From IMG/VR virus record IMGVR_UViG_3300032242_001192, positions 8,166-72,165 of that record: a stretch of 64,000 nt of DNA, one strand, 5' to 3'. This stretch comes from a virus. The position numbers and the translations under genes were made by a program. Within the stretch, counting starts at the first letter, position 1. The number at the start of each line of letters is the position of its first letter. The notes below the pieces were generated by a model. It saw only the letters and a program-made list of their open reading frames with translations. It made no database searches and was not told where the DNA came from. Shown piece by piece: positions 8,901 to 19,124 of the stretch.

Positions 8901-11900
8901 ATGTCGTTAATCAAAAATATAGAACTAACACAAGGTATAACATTTTCCGATACGGTACAATATCTGGATGACAATAAGAATCCAATTCCGTTAACGGGAA
9001 ATGTAGTATACGGACAAATACAAAAATCTACAGGCGGTAATGTCATATCGGCATTTACTGCAACAATTACTGACTATGGTAATAGTATAATTAGTTATGG
9101 AATAACTGCACATAATAGTGCGAATATTGCTTTTGGTAGATATGTATATGTTTTAAATGCGACGGATGGTAATGTAGTTTTAGGAATATCCTCAGGTTTT
9201 GCTACAGTTAATCAAGGTTCGATTCCTGGTAGAATTAGTGTACAACCAGAAACTCCTGCAGCATTTAATCCAATATTTTTATATGTTGGTGCAACAGGGT
9301 TAACGGGCAATATTGGCGCATCTGGAGCAACAGGATCATTAGGAGCAACAGGTGCAACGGGCGCAGGAGCCACAGGTGCGACAGGTTTAATCGGTTCTAC
9401 AGGCTTAACAGGTAATGTTGGTGCGACAGGATTGGGTGCAACAGGTGCGACAGGTTTAATTGGTGCATCTGGAGCAACAGGATTACGAGGACTGACAGGT
9501 AATGTTGGTTCTACAGGTGTACAAGGTGCCACAGGTATTGTAGGGGGTACTGGTGCTACGGGCGTACAAGGATCCACAGGTTTGTATGGTGCAACGGGTT
9601 CTACGGGTATTGCTGGTTCTGCAGGAGCAACAGGGTCAACAGGCGTACAAGGTGCTACAGGAGTTCAAGGATCAACAGGAGCAAATAGTACAGTTGCAGG
9701 ACCTACGGGTGCAACAGGCATTCAAGGTGCTACAGGTATTCAAGGCGCTACAGGAATATTAGGAGCAACAGGATTAACAGGTAATATTGGTGCTACAGGA
9801 GTTCAAGGAGCAACCGGTCTAACAGGCGCTACAGGTTCTTTAGGATCCACGGGTGCTACAGGTTTAACAGGTGCAACTGGTCTAACAGGATCAACAGGTT
9901 TATTGGGTGCCACAGGTATTATTGGTTCTACGGGTGCTACAGGGTTTGGTGCTACAGGAGTACAGGGTGCTACAGGATCAACAGGTCCCGTAGGAGCAAC
10001 AGGACTTTACATTGTATCAGGAAATGTTTCTCTTGGCGTTTTAACACTAAATCTTAATAATGGAAATACATTAACATTATCAGGATCTTTCTTAGGATCA
10101 ACAGGCGCAACAGGTATTCAAGGCATTCCCGGAACAGCGGTTGCGGTTGGTGCTACAGGTGCAACTATAGTATCTGCAAATGTATCTACAGGAAGTTTAA
10201 TATTTACATTAAATACGGGTAATACAATAACAACTACAGGTTCCATATTAGGTGCTACGGGAGCTACAGGTGTTAGAGGATTTGTAGGAAATACAGGTTT
10301 AACAGGTAATGTTGGTGCAACAGGATTAACGGGTAATATTGGCGCAACTGGTCTTCAAGGCAATGTTGGTGCTACGGGCATTTCTGGAAATATCGGAGCA
10401 ACAGGTGCATCTGGTATATACATAGCATCTGCGGCCGTTATATCTGGAAATTTAAGATTATTATTTAGTGACGGAAATACATTAATTGCGTTTGGTTCTG
10501 TATTGGGTGCAACAGGACCAATTGGTTTAACAGGTAATGCTGGTCCACAAGGTAATATAGGATCTACAGGATTATACATAACTGCTGCCAATATCATAAG
10601 TGGTAATTTACGATTAACATTCAACGATAGTAGCAATTTAACTGTTATAGGTTCTTTACTTGGTGCTACAGGAGCATCAGGAGCAAATAGTACAATAGCA
10701 GGACCTGCAGGTAATGTTGGTGCTACAGGCGCTACAGGATTACAAGGTGCTACAGGCTTAACAGGAGCAAATAGTACAATAGCAGGGTCAACAGGATCTA
10801 CAGGCGCAACAGGACTTACTGGTAATGTTGGTATAACGGGTGCTACAGGATTAACAGGTAATGTTGGTATAACAGGTGCTACAGGTTTAACAGGTAATGT
10901 TGGTGCTACAGGAGCAACTGGTCTAACAGGTAATGTTGGTGCTACAGGAGTTCAAGGAGCAACTGGTCTAACAGGTAATGTTGGTATAACGGGTGCTACA
11001 GGATTAACAGGTAATGTTGGTGCTACAGGTGTTGCTGGAGCAACTGGTCTAACAGGTAATGTTGGTGCTACAGGACCTTCAGCAAATGCATACATTCTTC
11101 CTACAGCAAATAGTACAGTTTTAGGTGGTGTTAAGGTAGATGGTAATACTATCTATATTAGCGGGGGTGGGTTAATTTCTCTTCCTCAGGATATATCAAC
11201 AACTGCTAACGTAACATTTAAAACTCTAACGGTAACAAACAACCTATTTGTATACGGCGGTGTAGAAACATTTGCTGCAAATAACTTAACTGTTTCAGAT
11301 AATATGATTTATTTGAACAGCGGATCTCAAAACAGCAATCCCGATTTAGGTATCGCATTTAACTATAATGATGGTATTTACCATCACGCAGGATTCTTTA
11401 GAGATCATACAGATGGTGTGTTTAAAGTATTTGATAATTACACACCGGAACCAGATGCTAATATCTTTATTAATACTGCAGATGCAAGTTTTAGATTAGC
11501 AAATCTTCGTGCAACTACATTCACAGGTAATCTGGTAGGTAGTATTTTATCTACAACAATAAACAACACTGCTAACATAGTTTCAAGTGGATTATCTGGT
11601 AATGTGGTATTAACAAGTCCTGCGAGTACAACAAGTATTGGTTATTTAGGTATACCGCAAAATTTACAAACATCTAATTATACTTTTACCTTAGCAGATC
11701 AAGGTAAACATATATACAATACAGGAACAACAGGACAAATATTAACGATTCCTTTAAATTCAAGTGTACCTTTCCCAATAGGAACAGCAGTAACATTTAT
11801 ATACCAATCCTCGACAGGTGCATCGTATGTGAATGCAACAGGCGGAGTAACATTATATTTAGCAGCAAATACTTCAGGCTCAAGATCTAATGTTACTATA

Positions 11901-11975
11901 TCACCTTATGGTATGGGAACAATACTAAAAGTAGCAAATGATACCTGGTTTATCAGTGGTGCGGGAGTTTATTAA
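8901..11975 (+). CDS. Collagen-like (Gly-X-Y) tail fibre protein
   Basis: Long [12 protein letters not shown] triplet runs; N-terminal adaptor-like domain (FGRYVYVL); C-terminal fibre module ([21 protein letters not shown]). Confidence 0.85.
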   Translation: MSLIKNIELTQGITFSDTVQYLDDNKNPIPLTGNVVYGQIQKSTGGNVISAFTATITDYGNSIISYGITAHNSANIAFGRYVYVLNATDGNVVLGISSGFATVNQGSIPGRISVQPETPAAFNPIFLYVGATGLTGNIGASGATGSLGATGATGAGATGATGLIGSTGLTGNVGATGLGATGATGLIGASGATGLRGLTGNVGSTGVQGATGIVGGTGATGVQGSTGLYGATGSTGIAGSAGATGSTGVQGATGVQGSTGANSTVAGPTGATGIQGATGIQGATGILGATGLTGNIGATGVQGATGLTGATGSLGSTGATGLTGATGLTGSTGLLGATGIIGSTGATGFGATGVQGATGSTGPVGATGLYIVSGNVSLGVLTLNLNNGNTLTLSGSFLGSTGATGIQGIPGTAVAVGATGATIVSANVSTGSLIFTLNTGNTITTTGSILGATGATGVRGFVGNTGLTGNVGATGLTGNIGATGLQGNVGATGISGNIGATGASGIYIASAAVISGNLRLLFSDGNTLIAFGSVLGATGPIGLTGNAGPQGNIGSTGLYITAANIISGNLRLTFNDSSNLTVIGSLLGATGASGANSTIAGPAGNVGATGATGLQGATGLTGANSTIAGSTGSTGATGLTGNVGITGATGLTGNVGITGATGLTGNVGATGATGLTGNVGATGVQGATGLTGNVGITGATGLTGNVGATGVAGATGLTGNVGATGPSANAYILPTANSTVLGGVKVDGNTIYISGGGLISLPQDISTTANVTFKTLTVTNNLFVYGGVETFAANNLTVSDNMIYLNSGSQNSNPDLGIAFNYNDGIYHHAGFFRDHTDGVFKVFDNYTPEPDANIFINTADASFRLANLRATTFTGNLVGSILSTTINNTANIVSSGLSGNVVLTSPASTTSIGYLGIPQNLQTSNYTFTLADQGKHIYNTGTTGQILTIPLNSSVPFPIGTAVTFIYQSSTGASYVNATGGVTLYLAANTSGSRSNVTISPYGMGTILKVANDTWFISGAGVY
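10813..11075 (+). repeat. Tandem GLTGNVG(I/A)TGAT-type collagen repeats
   Basis: Recurrent (A)ACAGGTAATGTTGGT(G/A) units about every 36-45 bp. Confidence 0.8.
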
Positions 11976-14629
11976 TGGGTGGAATTTTAGGAGTAGTTTT
12001 TTCAAACTACGTAAAGGCAGTAGGTGCGGCTGCTGCAGCAAATGCTAATATAACTGTATCCACGTATCCTTCTATAGTTTCTTCAAATGTATTGTTTAAC
12101 TTTAAAATGGATGCTATACCCAATTTCGGGGGTTATGGAACAACTGCAGAATATATAGCTGACGATAGCGATTATAAGTGGGCTAACGTAATGTTTGGAT
12201 TTTCCACAGGATCCGGACATACTTACTTAAAACAAACTCGAGGCGGGCCATATAAAGATAGTGTTTATTATCTTGATAGTTCAGGAGTAAGTTATGGATA
12301 TGAATGTATAGGTACTTTACTAGGCAATGGCACGTACTCACCATATTCGAACGTACACAATGCTACTATTGGTACTAGCAGTAATAGTTGGGCATTGGAA
12401 TTTAACGTTTTCATTAATAATTTGCCTGCATATAATTCTCAAACAGGCATCCATCCATATTATTCAGGATTGAATAATGTCTTGATTAGGCAAAATCCAT
12501 CGGATAATGTATCTTATGTAGTAACCGTAAGTTATGGTGACGCGGCAAACGCAGGTAGTGGTACTACAGGTCCCGTTATAAATCTACCAGACCTTAAGGG
12601 AGAATCCTGGAAACATGTCGTTGTACAGGCTCAGAGAAATTCTCCTAATACGCATACAATATGGGCATTTGTTGATGGGGTATTACAAAATCCTGGAGGC
12701 AATGTATATAAAGTATATGGTTCATCTTTGTCTACATTATTCTCCGATTCTGTGGGAGGAACGAGTATTGGTCGAGGAATTGGCGGAGCTGGCACATATC
12801 TTGCCCATAGATTAGATAACATTAGATTAATCAATGGCATTGGTAATGTTGCAATCTTTCCTATATCAGGATTTCCTGTTCCAGATAATGCAGCATACAC
12901 GGCACCTACATCATATTATTCAAATACATTAATTGTAGATATTACAGGAAGAGTGGCAAATACATACGTAACAAATGTATTCCAATCTAATTTACATCCG
13001 CGCGGTAATTTAACAAACTCTTTATGGTTTAATAAAAATTCGAATTCTTTAATTATATCATCTCCTTCATTACAATATACTGGAAATATTAATATTGAAA
13101 TGTGGGTATATCCCACTGCATATAAGGATATGATTCTGTGTACATTAGAAGGAAAATCCCCAGCTCGGGCACCTGCAGGATATCCAAACGTAAATGCACT
13201 TATAGTAAGATTAACTCTTCCTTCATCTGTGGGATATACATCTAATTTAGATTCTGTATATCGTATATCTAATACTGCGATGCTATTAACAGTTATTGCT
13301 TCTAACTGTGCATATGTTACAGGATCATTCTTTGCGCCTGCTACAGGATTTCAGGCAAATGTTACTTTGAATACGTGGAATAAAATTACATTAACATATT
13401 GTAGTACTCAACCGGGATTTACAACTTCCGGTATTACAGGATACGTTGGAAATATAATAACAGTAAATAACCAAGACTTAGGCAATTATGGTTTGGCAAG
13501 GGCAAATACTTTTTCAAATATCTATATTTCTGGCGGGGATACATCGGAGGATTTACTCGCAAGGAATGCAAGATATCAAAAATTTGAAGGTTATATAAGT
13601 GATATTTTAATATCTAACGGACAACCTGTGTACAATAATACTTATGATTATACTGCTTCATCTAATCCAAATAAACCTGTAAATGAAACAGATTTGTTTA
13701 ATGTCAAGGCAAACACTTTAGTTTATATATCAGCAGCACCTGGCATTCTTGCGTCAAATATTCAATATTTAGTCTTAGCAGGCGGCGGTGGTGGCGGTTC
13801 TGGAGGAGGTGGCGGTGGAGGAAGTGGAGGTTTATTAGAAGGTAATCTAATAATAACTTCAAATACTACATATACAATTACTGTAGGTAGTGGCGGTTCT
13901 GCAGCAACACCTTCTGCTGTAGCAACCAACGGAGGAAATACAACCTTCATCGGTGGATCTTTATCGTTTATAGCAGTAGGCGGTGGAGGCGGTGGCGGTC
14001 AACCTCTAGGTAGAAGTACTGGTTTAGCGGGTGGTGGTGGCGGAGGTTCCAATAATAATAATCCTGGAGGCGCAGGATTTGGTTATCCTGGAATAGCAAG
14101 AGTAACACAACAAGGATTTCCTGGAGGTGCTGGATATTCGAACCCGGTCGCTCCATTTAATAGCGGGGGTGGTGGTGGCGGAGGTACTCAATCATACGCA
14201 ATTCCGTTAGACGCATTCCCGAGTACCTCATCGCCTTCAGGCGGTAACGGCGGCCCAGGTAACGTATCATCCATTTCTGGATATATTACAACTTACGGTG
14301 GAGGCGGAGGTGGAGGTGCTACGAACTCTATAGGTAGCTCGGGTGGTGGCAGAGGAGGCAGTAGTGGTAATGCTCCGCCTTTTGGAGCTACTCCTGGAGG
14401 ATCCGGAGAAACAAATGGTGGAGGTGGCGGTGGCGGCGGAGGTGGCGGCACTTCTCCTAGTCCTTCGAATGGAACCATCGGAGGTGCAGGTGGTTCAGGT
14501 ATTGTGATACTATCACATCCTCAAGCATATATTCGAGGAACAGCAACAGGATCTAATGTGACAACAGGCATAAGTCCGTCGGGTCAAGTTGTGTATACTT
14601 TCTACACCTCGGGTACAATCTCATTCTAA
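11975..14629 (+). CDS. Tail fibre-associated protein with LamG/ConA-like domains and Gly-rich C-terminus
   Basis: WKHVVVQ..AFVDG..LDNIRL and IEMWVYPT..FEGYISDI; YLVLAGGGGGG..GGSGIVIL Gly-rich domain. Confidence 0.75.
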   Translation: MGGILGVVFSNYVKAVGAAAAANANITVSTYPSIVSSNVLFNFKMDAIPNFGGYGTTAEYIADDSDYKWANVMFGFSTGSGHTYLKQTRGGPYKDSVYYLDSSGVSYGYECIGTLLGNGTYSPYSNVHNATIGTSSNSWALEFNVFINNLPAYNSQTGIHPYYSGLNNVLIRQNPSDNVSYVVTVSYGDAANAGSGTTGPVINLPDLKGESWKHVVVQAQRNSPNTHTIWAFVDGVLQNPGGNVYKVYGSSLSTLFSDSVGGTSIGRGIGGAGTYLAHRLDNIRLINGIGNVAIFPISGFPVPDNAAYTAPTSYYSNTLIVDITGRVANTYVTNVFQSNLHPRGNLTNSLWFNKNSNSLIISSPSLQYTGNINIEMWVYPTAYKDMILCTLEGKSPARAPAGYPNVNALIVRLTLPSSVGYTSNLDSVYRISNTAMLLTVIASNCAYVTGSFFAPATGFQANVTLNTWNKITLTYCSTQPGFTTSGITGYVGNIITVNNQDLGNYGLARANTFSNIYISGGDTSEDLLARNARYQKFEGYISDILISNGQPVYNNTYDYTASSNPNKPVNETDLFNVKANTLVYISAAPGILASNIQYLVLAGGGGGGSGGGGGGGSGGLLEGNLIITSNTTYTITVGSGGSAATPSAVATNGGNTTFIGGSLSFIAVGGGGGGGQPLGRSTGLAGGGGGGSNNNNPGGAGFGYPGIARVTQQGFPGGAGYSNPVAPFNSGGGGGGGTQSYAIPLDAFPSTSSPSGGNGGPGNVSSISGYITTYGGGGGGGATNSIGSSGGGRGGSSGNAPPFGATPGGSGETNGGGGGGGGGGGTSPSPSNGTIGGAGGSGIVILSHPQAYIRGTATGSNVTTGISPSGQVVYTFYTSGTISF

Positions 14630-14651
14630 TAAATATACAAAAGGATAAGAC

Positions 14652-15395
14652 ATGGCAATAGTAACATCTAGACAAGAGTTAAAAGATTACTGCTTACGTA
14701 ATCTAGGTGCGCCTGTCATTGAAATAAACGTCGACGATGACCAAGTTGAGGATCGTATAGATGAAGCGTTTCAATTTTACAGAGAATATCATTATGATGC
14801 TGTAGAATTGGTATATTTAAAACACCAAATTACTGCAGATGATTTAACAAACAAATATATTTCCTTGCCAGATTCTGTTGTAGGTGTTACTAGAATATTT
14901 CCGTTTTCTAATAAATCAGATGGTACTAATATTTTTAGTATCAGATACCAAATCTTAGTCAACGACTTATATAGTTTGATGTCTACAAACTTAATATACT
15001 ATTATCAGGTTAAACAGGAATTAGAACTAATTAACCAAGTACTTACAGGCGTTAAACCAATTAGATTCAATAGACATATGAATCGTCTATACGTGGATTT
15101 GGATTGGACTGCGGATACAGTACAAGGTCAATATATCATTGTAGAATGCTATAGAATATTAGACCCAGAAACATACCGAGATGTTTATAACGATATGTTC
15201 CTTAAAAGATACTGCACAGCGTTAATTAAAAGACAATGGGGATTGAACTTGAAGAAGTTTGTCGGAGTACAACTTCCTGGAGGTGTAACACTTAATGCAG
15301 ATCAGATATATGCTGACGCATTAGATGAAATAAAACAGATAGAAGCAGAAATGCAATCTAGATTCGAATTGCCTGTAGACTTTTTCTCAGGATAA
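14652..15395 (+). CDS. gp13: Neck protein gp13
   Basis: LKDYCLRNLGAPVIEINV, QWGLNLKKF, LPGGVTLN. Confidence 0.95.
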   Translation: MAIVTSRQELKDYCLRNLGAPVIEINVDDDQVEDRIDEAFQFYREYHYDAVELVYLKHQITADDLTNKYISLPDSVVGVTRIFPFSNKSDGTNIFSIRYQILVNDLYSLMSTNLIYYYQVKQELELINQVLTGVKPIRFNRHMNRLYVDLDWTADTVQGQYIIVECYRILDPETYRDVYNDMFLKRYCTALIKRQWGLNLKKFVGVQLPGGVTLNADQIYADALDEIKQIEAEMQSRFELPVDFFSG

Positions 15396-15427
15396 TTAGT
15401 TATTTTTATTAACCCGGTACATAGCAA

Positions 15428-15456
15428 ATGATAACACCTGGTCAATAGAAAGTCAA
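15428..15456 (-). promoter_or_regulatory. Antisense sigma70-type (early) promoter in the gp13-gp14 gap
   Basis: Minus strand TTGACT-17 nt-TATCAT with extended -10 TG; shares AGGTGTTAT with promoters at 47288 and 49596. Confidence 0.7.
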
Positions 15457-15463
15457 TAGTAAA

Positions 15464-16210
15464 ATGGCAACAGTTAATCAATATTTCCAGAGTGGTAGGT
15501 CTATAGGTAACGCTAACGAGCAGTTACTATATGAGGATTTGATTATCGAATCCATGAAGATCTACGGTATCCAAACCTATTATATTCCTAGGAAACCGTT
15601 TAATCAGGATCCTATTTTGGCTGAAGATCCATATAACAGTTTTGAGTATGCTTATCCGATTGAAATGTATATGGAAAATGTTACGGGGTACGCAGGCGAG
15701 GACGAGATAATTACTAAGTTTGGTTTGGACATTCGAGATTCAGCAACCTTTGTAGTATCAAGAAGACGCTGGAGAGATGCTATTGGTAACCATGGTCAAA
15801 CTATATTAAATTTTAGACCAACAGAAGGTGACCTTATCTATATGCCTTTGACTCAATCCTTTATGGAAATTCGCAAGGTTGATAGTGAGACTCCGTTTTT
15901 CCAAATAGGTAAGTTGTACGTGTTTAGAATGAATACAGAATTATTTCAGTATTCTAATGAAGTCTTTAATACTGGGGTAGATGAAATAGATAACTTGTTT
16001 ACACAATTTTCTCAATCTTTGGACAAATATGAATTGCTAGATGAAAATGGAAATGCTTTACTATCAGAAGCAGGTGTGTTGATGCCTTTAATGTCTGAAG
16101 GTTATACAACTAATAATGATCCTGGTAATGCAGACAATGATAGTTTTACACTTGAAAGAAATAATACGTTAGATTTCTCAGAAAGAAATCCATTTGGAGA
16201 TCCGGGATAA
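15464..16210 (+). CDS. gp14: Neck protein gp14
   Basis: EDLIIESMKIYG, KFGLDIRD, RPTEGDLIY, DFSERNPFG. Confidence 0.95.
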   Translation: MATVNQYFQSGRSIGNANEQLLYEDLIIESMKIYGIQTYYIPRKPFNQDPILAEDPYNSFEYAYPIEMYMENVTGYAGEDEIITKFGLDIRDSATFVVSRRRWRDAIGNHGQTILNFRPTEGDLIYMPLTQSFMEIRKVDSETPFFQIGKLYVFRMNTELFQYSNEVFNTGVDEIDNLFTQFSQSLDKYELLDENGNALLSEAGVLMPLMSEGYTTNNDPGNADNDSFTLERNNTLDFSERNPFGDPG

Positions 16211-16211
16211 T

Positions 16212-16961
16212 ATGTTAGATCAAACCTTTTATTGGGGTACTATTAGAAAGTCAATTGTTGCGTTTGGTAATATGTTTAATAATATTACTATCGAACGCAA
16301 GGATGCTAGCGGAAATGTAGTACAAATACAAAAAGTACCTTTGGCATATTCTCCAAAGCAAAAGTTTTTAATGAAAATTAGGCAGCAACCTAATGTCGAT
16401 ACTCAGAACATACAAATTGTTTTGCCTAGAATGGGATTTGAATTAGTATCTTTGGATTACGATCCTACAAGAAAAGTTGGTACTCAACAGCAAACAAGAA
16501 CTATAAACAGCCCAAATCTTGCTAAATCTTTATATGCGCCTACGCCATATAATTTAAATGTATTATTATACATCTATGCTAGAAATCAAGATGATGGTCT
16601 ACAAATTATAGAACAAATAATTCCGTACTTTAATCCAGATTATAATCTTACACTAAAGGCAATACCTGAGTTAAACCTACAAAATGATTTGCCAATTCTT
16701 TTATCTTCAATAGGATTTGAAGATGATTATGAGGGAGATCTAAGTACCAGACGATCCATTATATGGACATTAAGTTTTACTATGAAACTTAATTTCTATG
16801 GTCCTGCTACTAACAGAGGACTTATTAAAAAGGTTACTGCAACTACATTTAATGATCCTACATTGACTGTGGCACAACAACAAGGTGTTGTACAACCCAA
16901 TCCACCTACTGCAAATGTTACTGACACTTATGGTTACATAAATAGTTTTACGGATTTTTAA
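16212..16961 (+). CDS. gp15: Tail sheath stabiliser/terminator gp15
   Basis: IVAFGNMFNNI, VPLAYSPKQKF, LPRMGFE, QIIEQIIPYFNP; ATG at 16212 preferred. Confidence 0.95.
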   Translation: MLDQTFYWGTIRKSIVAFGNMFNNITIERKDASGNVVQIQKVPLAYSPKQKFLMKIRQQPNVDTQNIQIVLPRMGFELVSLDYDPTRKVGTQQQTRTINSPNLAKSLYAPTPYNLNVLLYIYARNQDDGLQIIEQIIPYFNPDYNLTLKAIPELNLQNDLPILLSSIGFEDDYEGDLSTRRSIIWTLSFTMKLNFYGPATNRGLIKKVTATTFNDPTLTVAQQQGVVQPNPPTANVTDTYGYINSFTDF

Positions 16962-16962
16962 A

Positions 16963-17391
16963 ATGAAAAATATACAAAATTTGAATGACATCTTTGATAT
17001 AAATGCGCAGGAAGAAACTCCTGCTCTACCTATGGTTCCTGAGACAATGAATGCTAATAAGGAAATGGATCAGGAAGATGATTACCAATTAGCAAGACAA
17101 ACTATGAGAAAACTTCTAATGAAGGGTGAAACCACATTAGATGAACTTATAGAATTATCTAAAAATTCTGAGCATCCTAGAACATATGAGGTTGCAGGAC
17201 AATTCATGAAGACAATGTCTGACGTATCCAAAGATCTTTTAAACTTACAAAAACAAGTTAAAGAATTAAAGGCAGACGAAGTTCAACAAAAAATTGGAAC
17301 GCAGAATAATGTAGTATTTGCAGGATCAACTGCAGAGCTATTTAAAGCATTGAAACAAAATAAAGATAGTGGAAATATAATTGAGCAATAA
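16963..17391 (+). CDS. gp16: Terminase small subunit gp16
   Basis: SEHPRTYEVAG, NNVVFAGSTAEL; precedes gp17. Confidence 0.93.
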   Translation: MKNIQNLNDIFDINAQEETPALPMVPETMNANKEMDQEDDYQLARQTMRKLLMKGETTLDELIELSKNSEHPRTYEVAGQFMKTMSDVSKDLLNLQKQVKELKADEVQQKIGTQNNVVFAGSTAELFKALKQNKDSGNIIEQ

Positions 17392-19054
17392 ACCTACATC
17401 ATATAACGGTAATCCCAATCTAAAACAGATTGGTACGGTTATCTCGTACACCAAAGAACAAGTAAATGAGATTATTAAGTGCAGCTTAGATCCAATTTAC
17501 TTTATTGAAAACTATTGTCAAATAGTTTCTTTGGACAGAGGTTTAGTACCTTTCAAATTATACGATTGCCAAAAAGAAAAAGTACATACTATTTTAAATA
17601 ATCGTAAAGTTATTTTGATGGAAGGTCGCCAACAAGGTAAGACCATTACTTCGGCAGCATGTATTCTATGGTACACACTTTTTCAAGAAAATAAAACAGT
17701 TGCTATTCTAGCTAACAAATCCTCAGCTGCTCGCGAGGTTTTATCCCGATATGAACTGATGTATGAAATGCTTCCAATATGGATGCAACAAGGCGTTAAG
17801 ACATTTAACAAAGGTGATATCGAACTTGAAAACGGATCTAAAGTATTTACAGCAGCAACAAGTTCTTCGGGTATTCGAGGTAAATCTGTAAATTGGTTAT
17901 ACATTGATGAAGCGGCAATTATTCCAAATAACGTAGCCGAGGATTTCTTTACATCTGTTTACCCAACAATTTCTGCGGGTCAAACTACAAAGATTCTTCT
18001 GACATCTACGCCCTTAGGATATAATCATTTCTGGAAATTCTGGAATGAAGCTGAACAAGGATTGAATGGATTTGTTCCAATGTTTATTCCTTATAACAGA
18101 ATTCCTGGACGCGATGATAAATGGGCTGAAGAACAAAGATCAATGCTCGGTGAACTTAAGTTCAACCAAGAGGTTTTATGTAATTTCCTAGGTTCATCTA
18201 ATACACTTATCAATCCCGATACTATTGGTAGAATGTCGGTTAAACCGTATGTTTATAGTAAAGACGGATTGGACGTATTCGTTGAACCTGAAGAAGACCA
18301 TATCTATATGTTAGTTGCAGATACTTCTCGTGGAGTCGGTGGAGATTACTCAGCGTTTACGGTTTTAGATATTACAGCATATCCATATTCAGTTGTTGCA
18401 AAGTACAGAAACAATAAAATCAGTCCATTACTATTCCCAAATATCATATACAAGGTCGCAAAGGATTATCATAAGGCATATTGCTTAATTGAAATCAACG
18501 ACAACGGTCAACAAGTGGCGGATACTTTGTATATGGACTTAGAATATGAAAACGTATTCTTTGTCGGAAGTAATAGTAAATCCGGACAGTATCTTTCTGG
18601 AGGATTCTCCAACGGAGCGACTCTGGGTGTAAGAACAACAAAACAAGTAAAACGCTTAGGTTGTACATCTTTCAAGAGTTTGGTTGAGGGTACTAAATTA
18701 CTTATTCATGACCCAGACATTATTAACGAAATATCTACATTTATTGAAGTTCGAGGAACTCATAAGGCAGACGAAGGATACCAGGACGATTTGGTAATGT
18801 GTTTGGTCCTGTTCTCTTGGGCTACTAACGAATCATTCTTCAAGGATCTAACTGACAGTAATTTGAGAAAAGCTCTTTACGAAGATCAGATGAAGCAGAT
18901 CGAGGAAAACCTGACTCCTTTTGGAATTATAGAAAATGGATTACCTGAAGAACTTCAACCCATTATCGCCAAAGATCAGATTTGGTTCTCACTTGGCGAA
19001 AAATCTAAGGATGACATAGAGGAATTACAAAGAAAATGGCTGGAAAATGTCTAA
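17381..19054 (+). CDS. gp17: Terminase large subunit gp17
   Basis: YNGNPNLK, Walker A GRQQGKT, Walker B YIDEAA, nuclease ADTSRG and DDLVM; TTG start. Confidence 0.98.
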   Translation: MSNKPTSYNGNPNLKQIGTVISYTKEQVNEIIKCSLDPIYFIENYCQIVSLDRGLVPFKLYDCQKEKVHTILNNRKVILMEGRQQGKTITSAACILWYTLFQENKTVAILANKSSAAREVLSRYELMYEMLPIWMQQGVKTFNKGDIELENGSKVFTAATSSSGIRGKSVNWLYIDEAAIIPNNVAEDFFTSVYPTISAGQTTKILLTSTPLGYNHFWKFWNEAEQGLNGFVPMFIPYNRIPGRDDKWAEEQRSMLGELKFNQEVLCNFLGSSNTLINPDTIGRMSVKPYVYSKDGLDVFVEPEEDHIYMLVADTSRGVGGDYSAFTVLDITAYPYSVVAKYRNNKISPLLFPNIIYKVAKDYHKAYCLIEINDNGQQVADTLYMDLEYENVFFVGSNSKSGQYLSGGFSNGATLGVRTTKQVKRLGCTSFKSLVEGTKLLIHDPDIINEISTFIEVRGTHKADEGYQDDLVMCLVLFSWATNESFFKDLTDSNLRKALYEDQMKQIEENLTPFGIIENGLPEELQPIIAKDQIWFSLGEKSKDDIEELQRKWLENV

Positions 19055-19065
19055 ATGCTGATACT

Positions 19066-19073
19066 TATAAATA
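19066..19073 (+). promoter_or_regulatory. T4-type late promoter (gp55-dependent)
   Basis: TATAAATA upstream of gp18. Confidence 0.85.
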
Positions 19074-19124
19074 AATAGAAAATCATATTATAGAGCTATC
19101 TATAAAATTATCAAGGAGAAGAAG

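Noticed and set aside
9212-10636. Minus-strand PVAPVAP ORFs
   Set aside because: Antisense reading of collagen Gly-X-Thr codons
10813-11075. Regularly spaced repeats resembling a CRISPR array
   Set aside because: In-frame coding repeats without unique spacers, and no cas genes
13762-14478. Poly-proline minus-strand ORFs
   Set aside because: Antisense of poly-Gly codons in the tail protein
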